A stretch of DNA of 63,640 bases, counting the filler, from Chiloscyllium plagiosum (taxonomy: Eukaryota), in NCBI RefSeq assembly GCF_004010195.1. It is 4 parts of one record of this genome, joined end to end, with 100 filler letters (N's around TTAATTAATTAA, not from the genome) between each part and the next. Parts side by side here need not be neighbours in the genome. Positions count along the whole stretch, not along the records: positions 27,740 to 45,503 come from NC_057714.1; positions 45,604 to 53,934 come from NC_057714.1; 2 more parts are not named here. One strand, 5' to 3'. Below, one piece after another: positions 37,341 to 51,600 of the stretch (the first letter of the stretch is position 1; every line of letters begins with the position of its first letter). Below the pieces are notes generated by a model. It was not told the origin of the DNA and did no database searches. It was given only the letters and a program-made list of their open reading frames with translations. Made by a program: the position numbers and the translations under genes.

Positions 37341-40300
37341 TAATTTAAGAAATTTGACCTTGGAGATCCTGGACAAGGCTTTTTGCCTTGTGACCTGGCC
37401 AGCTTGAGATTTAAAAATCCACTAATGCTGAGTGCAGGTAAAATCTCATCCTCACCCCTCACTTTGCAGCCGCAATGACAAGAAGGGATTGTGCTGGGGG
37501 GGGGGGGGGGGGGTTAAAAGAAAGAAACATTATTATCATAAACAATTTTTCTCATTGTAACCAAAAGTAAATGTCATTGCCTCTTCCAGGGTTATATGTC
37601 GAGTATTACCTAAGGAAAAAGAGACTTGGATCCATTTATGTTCCAGGACATATTTAAACAATCCTACTGATTATTCTGATTAGAAAAACAAGTAGTTGTC
37701 ACAAAGATTAACGACTATAATTCCTTCTTTCAGCATTTACATCTAACAAAACAGCATAATTAAAGGGCAGGACTTAAAGGATATTTGAATTACAATATAA
37801 AACAAACAACAAAATAGGAAGGAGAACTCATTGTCGTTAATTTTGAAAACTGAAATTAGTGATTACATTATATGATTTGTACAAATTTGAAATTCATGTT
37901 TTATTTATAGGAATAGAATTGCTCTTGTATGCAAAGGCAGAAGTGTTTTGAGGCAAGAACAAATGATACTGGAGCTCGACCATTATTAACTTGATTCTGA
38001 TGGGGTGGTAATGGTGCTGGTGATGATGCTGTGTTACAGTTTACTCAGGATCTAGGAGTTTCTGTGGCAGAATGCACTTACCATGCAGGCTGAAACAGTA
38101 CTTAGAGACGGTAGAGGCTCCAATGGTCTCTTCATCATGTGGGTCAGAAATCTTTCCAATTCTTATCACCTGCCATTGGTATGTGTTGGAAGCATCCTAG
38201 GTTGATAATCATTATATATGTTCTGAATGCACTTTCCCTGGCTACCAAGTCCTGGATGGTGCTCAAATCCAGAGCTTCTGGCTCAGAGAGAGGGATGTAA
38301 TCTAATTTCCTCTGCAATACAGGACATTGTTTCAAAATTTGCAATTGATGGACATAATGATGGATTTTAATACAGAACAGTGTCAAATGGCACATTTTAG
38401 TTGGAGAAATTATACTGTACTAAAAGGCACAATTTTAGTGAGGATGCAAGAATTGAAAGACCTAGCAGTGATTGTGCACAAATCTTTGAAGGTGACAAGA
38501 TAGGTGAACAAAACAGTTGATAAGCCATATAAATGGGCTTTATAAGTTAAGGTGTAGAATGCAAGAGCCAGAAAGCTGTGCTAAATGTATGTGAAACATT
38601 AATTAAGCCCATGCTATGCTGTTGTGTCCAATCTTGGTCACCACACTTATGAAGGAAGTGAGCTCCTTGGACAATGTACAGAAATGATTTGTTAGAATGG
38701 TTATAGAATAAAGGATTATAGTAAAATGAATGGCATAGAGATAAAGAAGATTGTATCCTTAGATAATGGGCACTACTAGGAGGTTTGATAAAGACACTTA
38801 AATGTGTGAAAAGACTAGATAGGAAAAACATGGAAAAGCTAGCCTGCATTTTACATGGTGTTGTGAACCCCAATATGCCTCCCAGCTAACCTATCAGGGT
38901 GGGGGGGAGGGGAGCCTGTTTTTGATCCTGATGGTTTACCTACATCAATTTAACATCAGGAGCAACGTAATTACTTTAAGTGAGACTTATGCACCATCTT
39001 GGAAGGAAGCCTCTCTTTTGAGAATTACCAGCTACTGAATATGGCAATTAAGACCTGAAAGCATTAACTGATATCACATGGTAAACTTTGCCCATCAGGA
39101 TATAAAGGACAGTTCTTGGGAATAGCTAACTGGTTCCTGTGTTGTTGTTCTTCGTGTTAACAGCATGTAATTGAAGTAGTAATGTGTACTTATTCTTAAT
39201 TTGAGCCTGATATAACATGAAAGAAAACCATGATTTGGAGATTTCATTTAGCCATACTTTTAAATAATGAACAGATTAACAGATAATGGACTTGGGCTGA
39301 CGCTACCACCAGTGAGCTCAGTGAGGACTCCTTAAGGAAGTTGTCCATATGTTGACTGACCCCAGGCTGTGGACCTAAAATTACCAGGCATCCTGCATGG
39401 TATAACCTGCAGGCTTGTCCTCCTGACCAATCATATTATCTGTCTCTTTGTATTTGAGAAGCTGGTGGTGAGTCACCTTTTTGACATGCTACAGACCATC
39501 TGGTGCAAGTGCACTCTCAGTGCTGTGAGGCAGTGACATCAGACTTTGAATCAACAACGCTGAAGGTGCAACAATATGTTTCCAAATCAGAATGGAGTAA
39601 CTAAATGGATCTCTTTTCCCAAAAGCTGGCAAAGAGTAAATGAATCAAACAGCTTCCTTCTATGCTGTTCGATTTGAAGACTTTGACAAGAGGTTGAGTT
39701 AATTCCCAATGTAACAGTTTTTAAAATGCCAAGAGGGGCATTAGTATGAGGGTTCTCGTGGATATCTTAATTAAAATAGCTTTTAAAATCAAACTTATTG
39801 CTTCATTCTTTGCCTTGCTAACAGGCTCCTCCAGTTTGGCACAATTAATTCCAGTTATAATGTAGTCCATTGATGTGGACAGGGAAGTCACTATGAAACC
39901 AGCATTATAGGTCCCTGGCACTGAACCAATTATATGATTTTTAAAAAAACTGGCGTTCCTAAGTATCCTGTAACAGTACCTAATCGTAAAGATTCAGGTG
40001 CTTAGTAACTGAGGTCTTCAGTAACAAATGTACTTCAAACTAACATTTTATATTTAAAAGCTATTATTGGTGTGGCGAAGTCCAATGTAAGAAAACACCT
40101 GGCAACAATGTTCCCTTTCAGTTCAGCTTCTTTCCAAATGAAATTACAATTAATAAACCCCAAAATAAATATATTTATTTTGCAGTTATGAGTTTACACT
40201 CAGGCTCAAAATAATAGTACAACACGCCAACAAGTCTTTAAATGTGTTAATTTCTACAATGCAACTGCTTTAACTTGTAGTCAACATGAGCATCAGATGC

Positions 40301-40445
40301 AAATCATCCAAGGACTTGGCTTGAATGAAGCAAACTTTGGGCCACCCTCCTCTCTCTTTGCCATGCGTTCCCACTACAGAAGACAACCGAGGACTAGATG
40401 ACAAGAGCTTTCCAATGCCCACTCAAAAACCTACAGCAATTCATG

Positions 40446-40498
40446 ATTTGGAGATGCCGGTGTTGGACTGGGGTGTACAATTTTTAACTTTGTACACC
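40446..40498. mobile_element. Penelope micro-insertion with 13-bp TSD
   Basis: Inverted pieces of the 7245-7290 tail, flanked by ACAGCAATTCATG at 40433-40445 and 40499-40511. Confidence 0.75.
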
Positions 40499-40784
40499 AC
40501 AGCAATTCATGTAATATTAGCTCAATACTGAAGAAGTCCCTCTTACCACCTCACCCTCAAGTCCTCAAACCAATATTCTAACCTTCTCTATCGATAATAT
40601 GTAATTTATTATATCAAAATTTCTATTTTAGGAAGTGTACTCTTATAAGTTAACTTTAAAATGCAGTAGGCAGTTTGATTACTCACTTAGACATTCTCAA
40701 ATAAGTGCCTTTGATTTCACTAATTGTTGACTGGTGCCATGCCTCACAAATCATTGTAATGGCAGAAACATTATTCCTGAGGCT

Positions 40785-40864
40785 GTAATTGTGGACAAGG
40801 TACTCAAGCAATGTGCTTGAAGCCCTTTGGGATTCCCAGATAAGTTTGAATCCTGCTGACCATA
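40785..40864 (+). pseudogene. Decayed tRNA-Ser(TGA) pseudogene
   Basis: GTAATTGTGGACAAG...GCAATGTGCTTGAAGCCCTTTGGGATTCCC...AGTTTGAATCCTGCTGACCAT is collinear with vertebrate tRNA-Ser (GTAGTCGTGGCCGAG...GACTTGAAATCCATTGGGG...GGTTCGAATCCTGCCGACTAC). Many differences are CpG transitions. Confidence 0.6.
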
Positions 40865-42711
40865 TTTCTTTCCAATGATGTGGCTCTTATGATGCACTAG
40901 TGGTGTCCCCATCTCTGTGCCAGAATGTCCAAGTGCAAGTTCCATCTCACTGCTTAGACCCTCATACCACCTCATCCTCACATCCCCAAAGCAATACTCT
41001 AAACTTCCCTACTGACATTATGTCATTTATTTTATCAAAGGTTCTATTTTAGGAAGCAAGCTCCTTATAAGTTAACTGTATCATCGCATGTCTGAACAAT
41101 AAATTAAGTATAAACATGCTTCTGTGCTACCACACTGTGTCACATTCTAATTCTGACACTCCCTTATAAGCAAGTATTTTAACTAATAATAAGGGAGGAT
41201 TCAGCATTTAATCTGAATCTCATGCTGATGAGAAATTACTTCATTTTCTCTAATGTTGACAACAATTGGGATCAAAATGTATTACCACACTGTTACAAGA
41301 TCGTTATCCTCCTTGTTTCCCCTCAGTTATGATATATTTACTGCTTACTGCTTTTCCATTGGGACCCTGGTTTGGTTGGAGCTGCACTCTGAGTATCCAA
41401 GGAAATACAAACTGAAATGGAAAGTAATATTAAGAAATATGAAACACGAACTGCTAATAATTAGAAGAGACCCAAGAATACAAACAGTTCAGATTGTTCT
41501 CCTGATAACATGATATATCAAGGCTGCTTATTAATGTTCTTCAAAATTGCAACCATCTACAATCTCCATTTAAAGAATTGTATTTATCACTGTTCCAACG
41601 TTTAAAAGAAACGGACCAAACCAGATTATGAAACTTTTATCAAGCTATGCATCTAAGAAAACAACCATGGATAACTAAAGATGTGTTATAAAGCTGTTTT
41701 GTTTTTTTTTGGTTTGGTACTGATCCACTTTAAAACTGAATGTTATTCAAGATTTTATTTTCTTGTTTTCTACAGTAATATTGCAAACGCTTGCAATTTA
41801 AAACATTTGATTATCTCGCCTGAAAAATAGGTGGTGTTATATTTTTGTAAATAAACTGTTAAAATCATCAAATATTCTTTTTAACTTGTAAGCAATGAGT
41901 GTACGTGTGAAATTTTATAAAAAATGTACTCTTAGCATAAATTTCATGCAAGGAAGTATGGAGATTAGCTGAACCATAGGATGTTCCCTCAGAGGTTAGC
42001 AGACCCCACACGGATTACTATGTCAAAATTCATGCAATGGCTACTCAATAGATTATCTCTGAATTGATCATTACTGAGAAGATCTTACAAATAGGCAGTG
42101 CTCACGTGGTATCAAGGACAGGATCCATGTTTGTTCCCACTGAAGATTAATTTCAAAAGTGGTAAGAGGAGCAGGAGTGAATGAAGACGCAACAAACATA
42201 GCCAGATTTATTTGAGTTCATTGAACTTCTGGAGGCTGTATGCCTTCAGGTCCTCAGGGCTGCACAGCTGGCATAGACATGGCAAGTCTCTGGTCCCACT
42301 GCCTTTATAGTGACTGTCTTGAGACACTTTGTCCCCTGTCAAAATAAGACATCTTTCATTCTGTTCATCTCTTGGAGTAAAGTGTCCACTGCTACTGGAA
42401 ACCATTGCTCCACTATTCACTAAAGTCATTCTACTTGCAGCATGCAGCTCAGGCTAAGTGCACCTTTGGGTAGCTACATGACTAAATTCAAAATTAGGGT
42501 GCAAAATTTAATGCCCAACTCCACCTCTACCTGCATTGGAAGGAATGGGTATAGGTTAATTTCACACTGCAGTCTCTTTGCTTTAAGAGAGTTAATAATT
42601 ATTGAGGCCTTATTGGCGTTTGAGGTCAATTACTTGCAGCATTATCTGGTAAAGCAACAAAGTGAAATTGGATGGATCTTTCATGGAATCATGATGAGTT
42701 GGCTAGAAGGT

Positions 42712-42846
42712 CATTTAAACAATCCTTGAATGAGCACACGGAATCTTGATGAGATAGTGTAGGGGGACAAGCTGAGAATAGTTCACGGGTCGGCGAAACA
42801 TTGAGGGCCGAAGGGTCTGTTTTGCGCTGTATTGTTCTATGTTCTA
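42712..42846 (+). mobile_element. Short CR1 3' end
   Basis: Matches the tail at 12310-12425 and has a (TTCTATG)-type end. Near-TSD CTAGAAGGTC/CTAAAGGTC. Confidence 0.8.
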
Positions 42847-42892
42847 AAGGTCTCTGACTCGCTGTTTCTGTTTGGAGCCCCAGTAGGTAGAG

Positions 42893-45000
42893 GTCATGAC
42901 ACATCACCTGTATAATAATTGATGTATAATAACTGGAAGTATTTTATCAAACTCTTCAAGTTTCTTAAATGACTATTCTATTACATTCCAAGCTTTGTCT
43001 AAAGAATATTCTTTGTTACATTTCGCAATTAATTAAAGAACTGTTTAAGAGGCAAGTTAAGCTACTTCCAGTTTGACACAAACAATTGTAACTCGTTAAT
43101 TAGATAGCTGGACTAAACAAGTGCAATTTTTGCTGAGTGGACTCATCATCGTTTTTCAGAGAATAAAAATATAAGGGTCTAAATGTCCCTGTCTCTGAGC
43201 CAGGACCCCTGAGTCATGCTCCAGATAAATAGAAATAACATCCCTGAACAGATTGAGTAGAAACTAATGTAAAAATATAGGGAACGCTGATTTTGCTTGA
43301 GTGCATAAAGTGTAAAACTGGGGTTTGGTTTGTGAGGAAATTCAGTGAATAACAGAATTATGAATTTAAGAGGAATATATTTAACTAACACAATGATGGG
43401 CAGAACAGGTGATGTGTCATGACTGCAGCATGTGCGAGCTCCTGGATGTCACTGTAAACCAGTGCAATCACATCTGTAGTAAGGGTCTGCCACTTGTGCT
43501 TCAGCTTAACATTAATGAGCTGCAGACACTGTGACACATAAAGGAGGAGGAAGTTACCTGGAAACTTTATTCCAGACTGCAAAGGCACCTCCTTAGGTTC
43601 GTATTGTGAGATTTGGTCAGTAGTCAGGAATAAGAGTGTGTGACTATGAGCCAGACAAGTAAAGGCATCAAGAACATGGGAGTAGAAGACCAACCCTTGG
43701 AATTCAGCAAGGAGTATGAGATTCTCACAACTTGAGTGGACAAGAATGGAGGCTGTAATATGAAAGAAAAAAATTATTATTGCACCATGACACCAGAAGC
43801 TGTTTAGGTGGGAGAACTTAAAAAGAAATGCAGTGGGGCACAGTATAGTCAGGGGTTAGACACACTTCTTTGCATCTGAGAGTGAGATTCCAAACAGTTG
43901 TATTGCCTGCCCAGTGTCAGCTTTTGGGCAATCTGCTAATGTGAGAAACTTGTAGTAGGAAGGGGGGGAATCCAATTGTCACGCTCCATGGAGGTACCAA
44001 CAACAAAGGAAAGCCAAGGAAAGAGTTTCTCTACAGGGGGTGTGAGTAATTTGGCAATAAATTATAAAGCAGAACATCACATGTAATTGTGCCGTACTAC
44101 CTGAGTCACATGCAAATTGGTATAGGGTAAATAAGATAAAGTTGTTCCAGTCATTTGTATAACTAGACAAGTAAGGATGGGTTTAAACTGTAGAGGTTGG
44201 GGAGGGAGGATAGTGAAGGAACCATATGGGAGAAAATTGAGTATATTCTAGGGAAATGACAAGTTCGTTGATCAAGGTAGCAATAATAGTGATGATCAGA
44301 ATATGGCAGTAAGGGACAGTTATTGCAAACTTGGACCTTGCCAGCAAATAGGGTTCCAGTTTGCATAAACAGGAAAGAACTGAATTAAGTGCTCTGTGTC
44401 TGAATGTCCACAGCATTCACAACAAAATGGATGAGTTATCATCCCAAATAAAACTTCGTATGCATGACCCAATAGCCATTGCAGCAACGTGGCCACATGG
44501 AAACCAAAGCTGGGACCTGAATTTCTGATTATACATGACATTCGAGAAGGACAGGATACTGGGAAAAGGTGCTGCAGTAGCAATGTTAATTGATGAGGAA
44601 CTTAAGTACTGTTGTGAGGGATGACCTTAGTTCTAAACTTCACCAATTATAATTCGTTTTGGAAGAATAATTAAGAAACAGCATGGTGTAGAAAACATTG
44701 GCAGTAATTTGGTAGCCAAAAAACAACAGTGGGAATGTAAGTCACAACATAAAGAAGATTAGGGGTAATACAGTAATCATGAGGGATTTTGATCTATAGA
44801 CAGACTGAGTAATTCTAATTAGCATGAATATGGTGAAAAGGGTGAAGTTTTGGAAAGTATGTGAGATGGTTTTTTAATATATTGAGGAACCAATTAGAGA
44901 ATAGACTATTTTTGGATCTCATATTTTGCAATGAAAGTGGCTAATTAATAATCTTGTTGTAAAGGAACCTTTGAAAAAGAGTGACCATAATAATAGAATT
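42893..45000 (+). mobile_element. Decayed CR1 5' portion (5'UTR, ORF1, endonuclease)
   Basis: QVMCHDCSMCELLD...HICSK zinc finger at ~43406, esterase remnants at ~43830-44130, and APE endonuclease remnants ending SDHN (AGTGACCATAAT, ~44980). Confidence 0.7.
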
Positions 45001-45503
45001 TTATTTGTTTTTATAGATATTTTTATTAGAAATTTAACATTTTTACAAGTTTACAAAAATAAGCAAAACTCTCAAATATAAACATTGATATACAATTAAA
45101 TCAAATATACAATTGCCAAAATTTAACAAGAGAAAGGAAAAACAAAAATACCGAAAAAGAAAAAAAAATCAAAACTCAACTATCTACTAATCTAACCTAC
45201 AACTAACCAGAGTATATATTTAAGTCTCTTACATGCTCGGAATGTATTAACCTCAGATGTAATAAAACCCGTATTCGTGCGGGATTCCTCTCCTAAGGGG
45301 CCCCGGACCAGCCAGGTTTGTAATCTCAATTAAATAAAAGCCCTTGTTAGGATAGCCGAAATATCTGTATTTATGTAATTCAAGAAGGGCTGCCATATTT
45401 TATTAAATAATTCGGTCTTTTGGTGCACCATATTTGTAAGGACGTCAAGGGGAATACATTCCATAATTAATCTGTGCCAATTTGAAAGTCCAGAGGGGCC
45501 CTC
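45001..45503 (-). mobile_element. L1-clade LINE 3' end
   Basis: Minus strand EGPSGLSNWHRLIMECIPLD...ELFNKIWQPFLNYI*, followed by a 3'UTR, AATAAA and an A-rich tail. It is cut off by a gap. Confidence 0.7.
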
Positions 45504-45602
45504 NNNNNNNNNNNNNNNNNNNNNNNNNNNNNNNNNNNNNNNNNNNNTTAATTAATTAANNNNNNNNNNNNNNNNNNNNNNNNNNNNNNNNNNNNNNNNN
45601 NN

Positions 45603-48600
45603 NTCCAGCACTCTCGTGGCCATCCACACCAGCCCTCTCGTGGTCATCCACTCCAGCACTCTCTTGTCCATCAACTCGAGCACTCTCCTGGCCATCCACT
45701 CCAGCACTCTCTTGACCATCCACTCCAGCCCTCTTGTGGCCATCCATTCCAGCAATCTCCTGGCCATCCGTTCCAGCACTCTCATGGCCATCCACTCCAC
45801 CACTCTCATGGCCATCCACTCCACCACTCTCATAGTCATCCATTCCAGCACTCTCATGGTCATCCATTCCGGACCTCTCTTGGTCATCCACTCCTGCATT
45901 CTCGTGGTCATCCACTCCAGCACTCCCATTGTCATTCTACTCCACCACTCTCATGGTCATCCGCTCCAGCACTCTCGTGGCCATGCATTCCTGCATTTTC
46001 ATGGCCATCCACTCCAGCACTCTCCTGGCCATCCATTCCAGCACTCACGTGGTCATCCACTCCAGCACTCTCCTGGCCATCCACCCCAGCACACTCGTGG
46101 CCATCCACTCCAGCACTCCCATTGCCATTCCACTCCACCACTCTCATGGTCATTCACACCAGCACTCTCATGGCCATCCACTCCAGCACTCTCATAGCCA
46201 TCCACTCCAGCATCACATGGCCATCCACTCCAGCAATCTCATGGCCATCCTCTCCAGCAATCTCATGGCCATCCACTCCAGCCCTCTCATGGTCATCCAC
46301 TCCAGCACTCTCGTGATCATCTACTTCAGCACTCTCTTGACCATCCACTGCAGCCCTCTTGTGGCCATCCATTACAGCAATCTCCGGGCCATCCGTTCCA
46401 GCACTCTCATGGCCATCCACTCCACCACTCTCATAGTCATCCATTCCAGCACTCTCATGGTCATCCATTCCGGATCTCTCTTGGTCATCCACTCCTGCAT
46501 TCTCGTGGTCATCCACTCCAGCACTCCCATTGTCATTCCTCTCCACCACTCTCATGGCCATCCGCTCCAGCACTCTCGTGGCCATGCACTCCTGCATTTC
46601 CATGGCCATCCACTCCAGCACTCTCCAGGCCATCCATTCCAGCACTCACGTGGTCATCCACTCCAGCACTCTCCTGGCCATCCACTCCAGCACACTCGTG
46701 GCCATCCACTCCAGCACTCCCATTGCCATTCCAATCCACCACTCTCATGGCCATTCACACCAGCACTCTCATGGCCATCCGCTCCAGCACTCTCATAGCC
46801 ATCCACTCCAGCACTCTCATGGCATCCACTCCAGCAATCTCATGGCCATCCTCTCCAGCAATCTCATGGCCATCCACTCCAGCACTCTCCTGGCCATCCA
46901 CCCCAGCACACTCGTGGCCATCCACTCCAGCACTCCCATTGCCATTCCAATCCACCACTCTCATGGCCATTCACACCAGCACTCTCATGGTCATCCACTC
47001 TTGCATTCTCGTGGTCATCCACTCCAGCACTCCCAGTGCCATTCCACTCCACCACTCTCATGGCNNNNNNNNNNNNNNNNNNNNNNNNNNNNNNNNNNNN
47101 NNNNNNNNNNNNNNNNNNNNNNNNNNNNNNNNNNNNNNNNNNNNNNNNNNNNNNNNNNNNNNNNNNNNNNNNNNNNNNNNNNNNNNNNNNNNNNNNNNNN
47201 NNNNNNNNNNNNNNNNNNNNNNNNNNNNNNNNNNNNNNNNNNNNNNNNNNNNNNNNNNNNNNNNNNNNNNNNNNNNNNNNNNNNNNNNNNNNNNNNNNNN
47301 NNNNNNNNNNNNNNNNNNNNNNNNNNNNNNNNNNNNNNNNNNNNNNNNNNNNNNNNNNNNNNNNNNNNNNNNNNNNNNNNNNNNNNNNNNNNNNNNNNNN
47401 NNNNNNNNNNNNNNNNNNNNNNNNNNNNNNNNNNNNNNNNNNNNNNNNNNNNNNNNNNNNNNNNNNNNNNNNNNNNNNNNNNNNNNNNNNNNNNNNNNNN
47501 NNNNNNNNNNNNNNNNNNNNNNNNNNNNNNNNNNNNNNNNNNNNNNNNNNNNNNNNNNNNNNNNNNNNNNNNNNNNNNNNNNNNNNNNNNNNNNNNNNNN
47601 NNNNNNNNNNNNNNNNNNNNNNNNNNNNNNNNNNNNNNNNNNNNNNNNNNNNNNNNNNNNNNNNNNNNNNNNNNNNNNNNNNNNNNNNNNNNNNNNNNNN
47701 NNNNNNNNNNNNNNNNNNNNNNNNNNNNNNNNNNNNNNNNNNNNNNNNNNNNNNNNNNNNNNNNNNNNNNNNNNNNNNNNNNNNNNNNNNNNNNNNNNNN
47801 NNTGGTCATCCACTCTTGCATTCTCGTGGTCATCCACTCCAGCATTCTCGTGGTCATCCACTCCAGCATTCTCGTGGTCATCCACTCTTGCATTCTCGTG
47901 GTCATCCACTCCAGCACTCCCAGTGCCATTCCACTCCACCACTCTCATGGCAATCCATTCCAGCACTCTCATGGCCATCCACTCCAGCATTCTCATGGCC
48001 ATTCACACAAGCATTCTGGTGGCCATCCACTCCAGCACTCTCGTGGCCATCCACTCAAGCCCTCTCGTGGTCATCCACTCCAGCACTCTTGTGGCCATCC
48101 ACTCCAGCACTCTCTTGTACATCAACCCGAGCACTCTCCTGGCCATCCACTCCAGCACTCTCCTGGCCATCCAGTCCAGCACTCTCCTGGCCATCCAGTC
48201 CAGCACTCTCCTGGCCATCCAGTCCAGCACTCTGATGGCCATCCACTCCAGCAGTCTCATGGCCATCCACTCCAGCACTCTCATGGCCATCCACTCCAGC
48301 ATTTTCGTGGCCATCCATTCCATCAATCTCGTGGCCATCCACTCCAGCACTCTCGTGGCCATCCGCTCCAGCACTCTGATGGCCATCCACTCCAGCACTG
48401 TCCTGGCCATCTAGTCCAGCACTCTTGTGATCATCCACTCCAGCACACTCGTGGCCATCCACTCCAGCACTCTCGTGATCATCTACTTCAGCACTCTCTT
48501 GACCATCCACTCCAGCACTCTTGTGGCCATCCATTACAGCAATCTCCTGGCCATCCGTTCCAGCACTCTCATGGCCATCCACTCCACCACTCTCATGGCC

Positions 48601-51600
48601 ATCCAATCCACCACTCTCAGAGTCATCCATTCCAGCACTCTCATGGTCATCCATTCCGGATCTCTCTTGGTCATCCACTCCTGCATTCTCGTGGTCATCC
48701 ACTCCTGCACTCCCATTGTCATTCCTCTCCACCACTCTCATGGCCATCCGCTCCAGCACTCTCGTGGCCATGCACTCCTGCATTTTCATGGCCATCCACT
48801 CCAGCACTCTCCTGGCCATCCATTCCAGCACTCACGTGGTCATCCACTCCAGCACTCTCCTGGCCATCCACTCCAGCACACTCGTGGCCATCCACTCCAG
48901 CACTCCCATTGCCATTCCACTCCACCACTCTCATGGCCATTCACACCAGCACTCTCATGGCCATCCACTCCAGCACTCTGATGGCCATCCACTCCAGCAC
49001 TCTCATGGCCATCCACTCCAGCACTCTCATGGCCATCCTCTCCAGCAATCTCATGGCCATCCACTCCAGCACTCTTATGGCCACCACTCCAGCATTCTCG
49101 TGGCCATCCATTCCAGCAATCTCGTGGCCATCCACTCCAGCACTCTCGTGGCCATCCGCTCCAGCACTCTCGTCACCATCCACGCCAGCACTCCCTGTGC
49201 CATTCCACTCCACCACTCTCATGGCCATCCGCTCCAGCACTCTCGTGGCCATGCACTCCAGCATTTTCATGGCCATCCACTCCAGCAATCTCGTGGACAT
49301 CCACACCAGTACTCTCGTGGACATCCACTCCAGCACTCTCGTGGCCATCAACTCGAGCACTCTCCTGGCCATCCATTCCAGCACTCACGTGGCCATCCAC
49401 TCCAACACTCTCGTGGTCATCCACTCCAGCACTGTCCTGGCCATCTAGTCCAGCACTCTTGTGATCATCCACTCAGGCACTCTCATGGCCATCCACTCCA
49501 GCACTCTCATGGCCATCCACTCCAGCACTCTCGTGGTCATCGCCTCCAGCACTCTCGTGGCCATCCATTCCAGCACTCTCGTGGTCAACCACACCAGAAC
49601 TCGCATGGTCACCACTCCAGCACTCTCGTGGCCATCCACTCACGGACCCTCGTGGCCATCCACACCAGCACTCTCGTGGCCATCCACTCCAGCACTCTCG
49701 TGGCCATCCACTCCAGCACTCTCGTGGCCATCCACTCCAGCACTCCCGTGGCCATCCACTCCAGCACTCCCGTGGCCATCCACTCCAGCACTCCCGTGGC
49801 CATCTACTCCAGCACTCCCATTGCCATCCACTGCAGCACTCTGATGGCCATCCGCTCCAGCACTCTCGTGGCCATCCACTCCACCACTCTCGTGGCAATC
49901 CATTCCAGCACTCCCATTGCCATCCACTCCAGCACTCTCATGGCCATCCACACCAGAACTCTCGTGATCATGTATTCCAGCCCTCTCATGGTCATCCACC
50001 CCTGCACTCTCGTGGTCATCCACTCCAGCACTCTCATGGTCATCTACTCCAGCACTCTCATGGCCATCCGTTCCAGCACCCTCGTGGTCATCCACTCTAG
50101 CATTCTCGTGGCCATCCACTCCAACACTCTCGTGGTCATCCACTCCAGCACTGTCGTGGTCCTCCACTCCAGCACTGTCATGGCCATCTATTTCTGCACG
50201 CTCCTGATCATCCACTCCAGCACTCTCGTGGTCATCCACTCCAGCACTCTCGTGGTCATCCACTCCAGCACTGTCATGGCCATCCACTCTACCACTCTCA
50301 TGGCCATCCACTCCAGCGCTGTGCTGGCCATCTGGTCCAGCACTCTGGTGGCCATCCACTCCAGCGCTCTGGTGGCCATTCACTCCAGCACTCTCGTGGC
50401 CAACCATTCCAGCACTCCCAATGCCATCCACTCCAGCACTCTCATGGCCATCCACTCCAGAATTCTCATGGCCATCCAATTCGGCACTCTCATGGGCAGC
50501 CATTCCAGCATTCTCACGGCCATGCAATCCAGCACTCTCGTGGCCATCTATTCCAGCACTCTCGTGATCATCCACTCCAGCACTCTCATGGTCATCCACT
50601 CCAGCACTGTCATGGCCATCTATTCCAGCACACTCGTGATCATCCATTCCAGCACACCCGTGATCATCCATTCCAACACACTCGTGGCCATCCACTCCTG
50701 CATTCTCGTGGCCATCCACTCCAGCACTCTCATGGCCATCCACTCCAACACTCTCATGGTCATCCTCTCCACCACTCTCATCGCTATTCACTCCAGCATT
50801 GTCGTGACCATCCACTCCAGCACTGTCGTGGCCATCCACCCCATCACTTACGTAGGCATCCACTCCAGCACTCACGTGGCCATCCACTCCAGCACTCACG
50901 TAGCCACCCACTCCAGCACTCACGTAGCCATCCACTCCAGCACTCACGTAGCCATCCACTCTGGCCGGCTTGTGGCCATCAACACCAGGACTATCAAGGC
51001 CATCCACTCCAGCACTGTCATGGCCATCCATTCCAGCACTCACGTGGTCATCCATTCTGGATCTCTCATGGTCATCCACTCCAGCATTCTCATGGCCATC
51101 CACAACAGCACACTCGTGGCCATCCACTTCAGCAGTCTCGTGATCATACGCTCCAGCACTCCCATTGCCATTCCACTCCACCACTCTCATGGCCATTCAC
51201 ACCAGCACTCTAATGGCCATCCGCTCCAGCACTCTCATGGCCACCCACTCCAGCACTCTCATGGCCATCCACTCCAGCACTCTCATGGCCATCCACTCCA
51301 GCACTCTCGTGGCCATCCACTCCAGCACTCTCGTGGCCATCCACTCCAGCACTCTCGTGGCCATCCATTCCAGCACTCTCCTGGCCATCCATTCCAGCAC
51401 TCACGTGGCCATCCATTCCAGCACTCTCCTGGCCATCCATTCCAGCACTCATGTGGCCATTCATTCCGGATCTCTCATGGTCATCCACTCCAGCATTCTC
51501 ATGGTCATCCACTCCAACACTCTCATGGCCATCCTCCCCACCACTCTCATGGCCATTCACTCCAGCACTGTCGTGGCCATCCACTCCAGCACTCACGTAG

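Noticed and set aside
42845..42910. Apparent minus-strand exon starting VMCHDL
   Set aside because: Its start is the inverted 19-bp copy of CR1 ORF1 sequence, and it runs into a CR1 tail.
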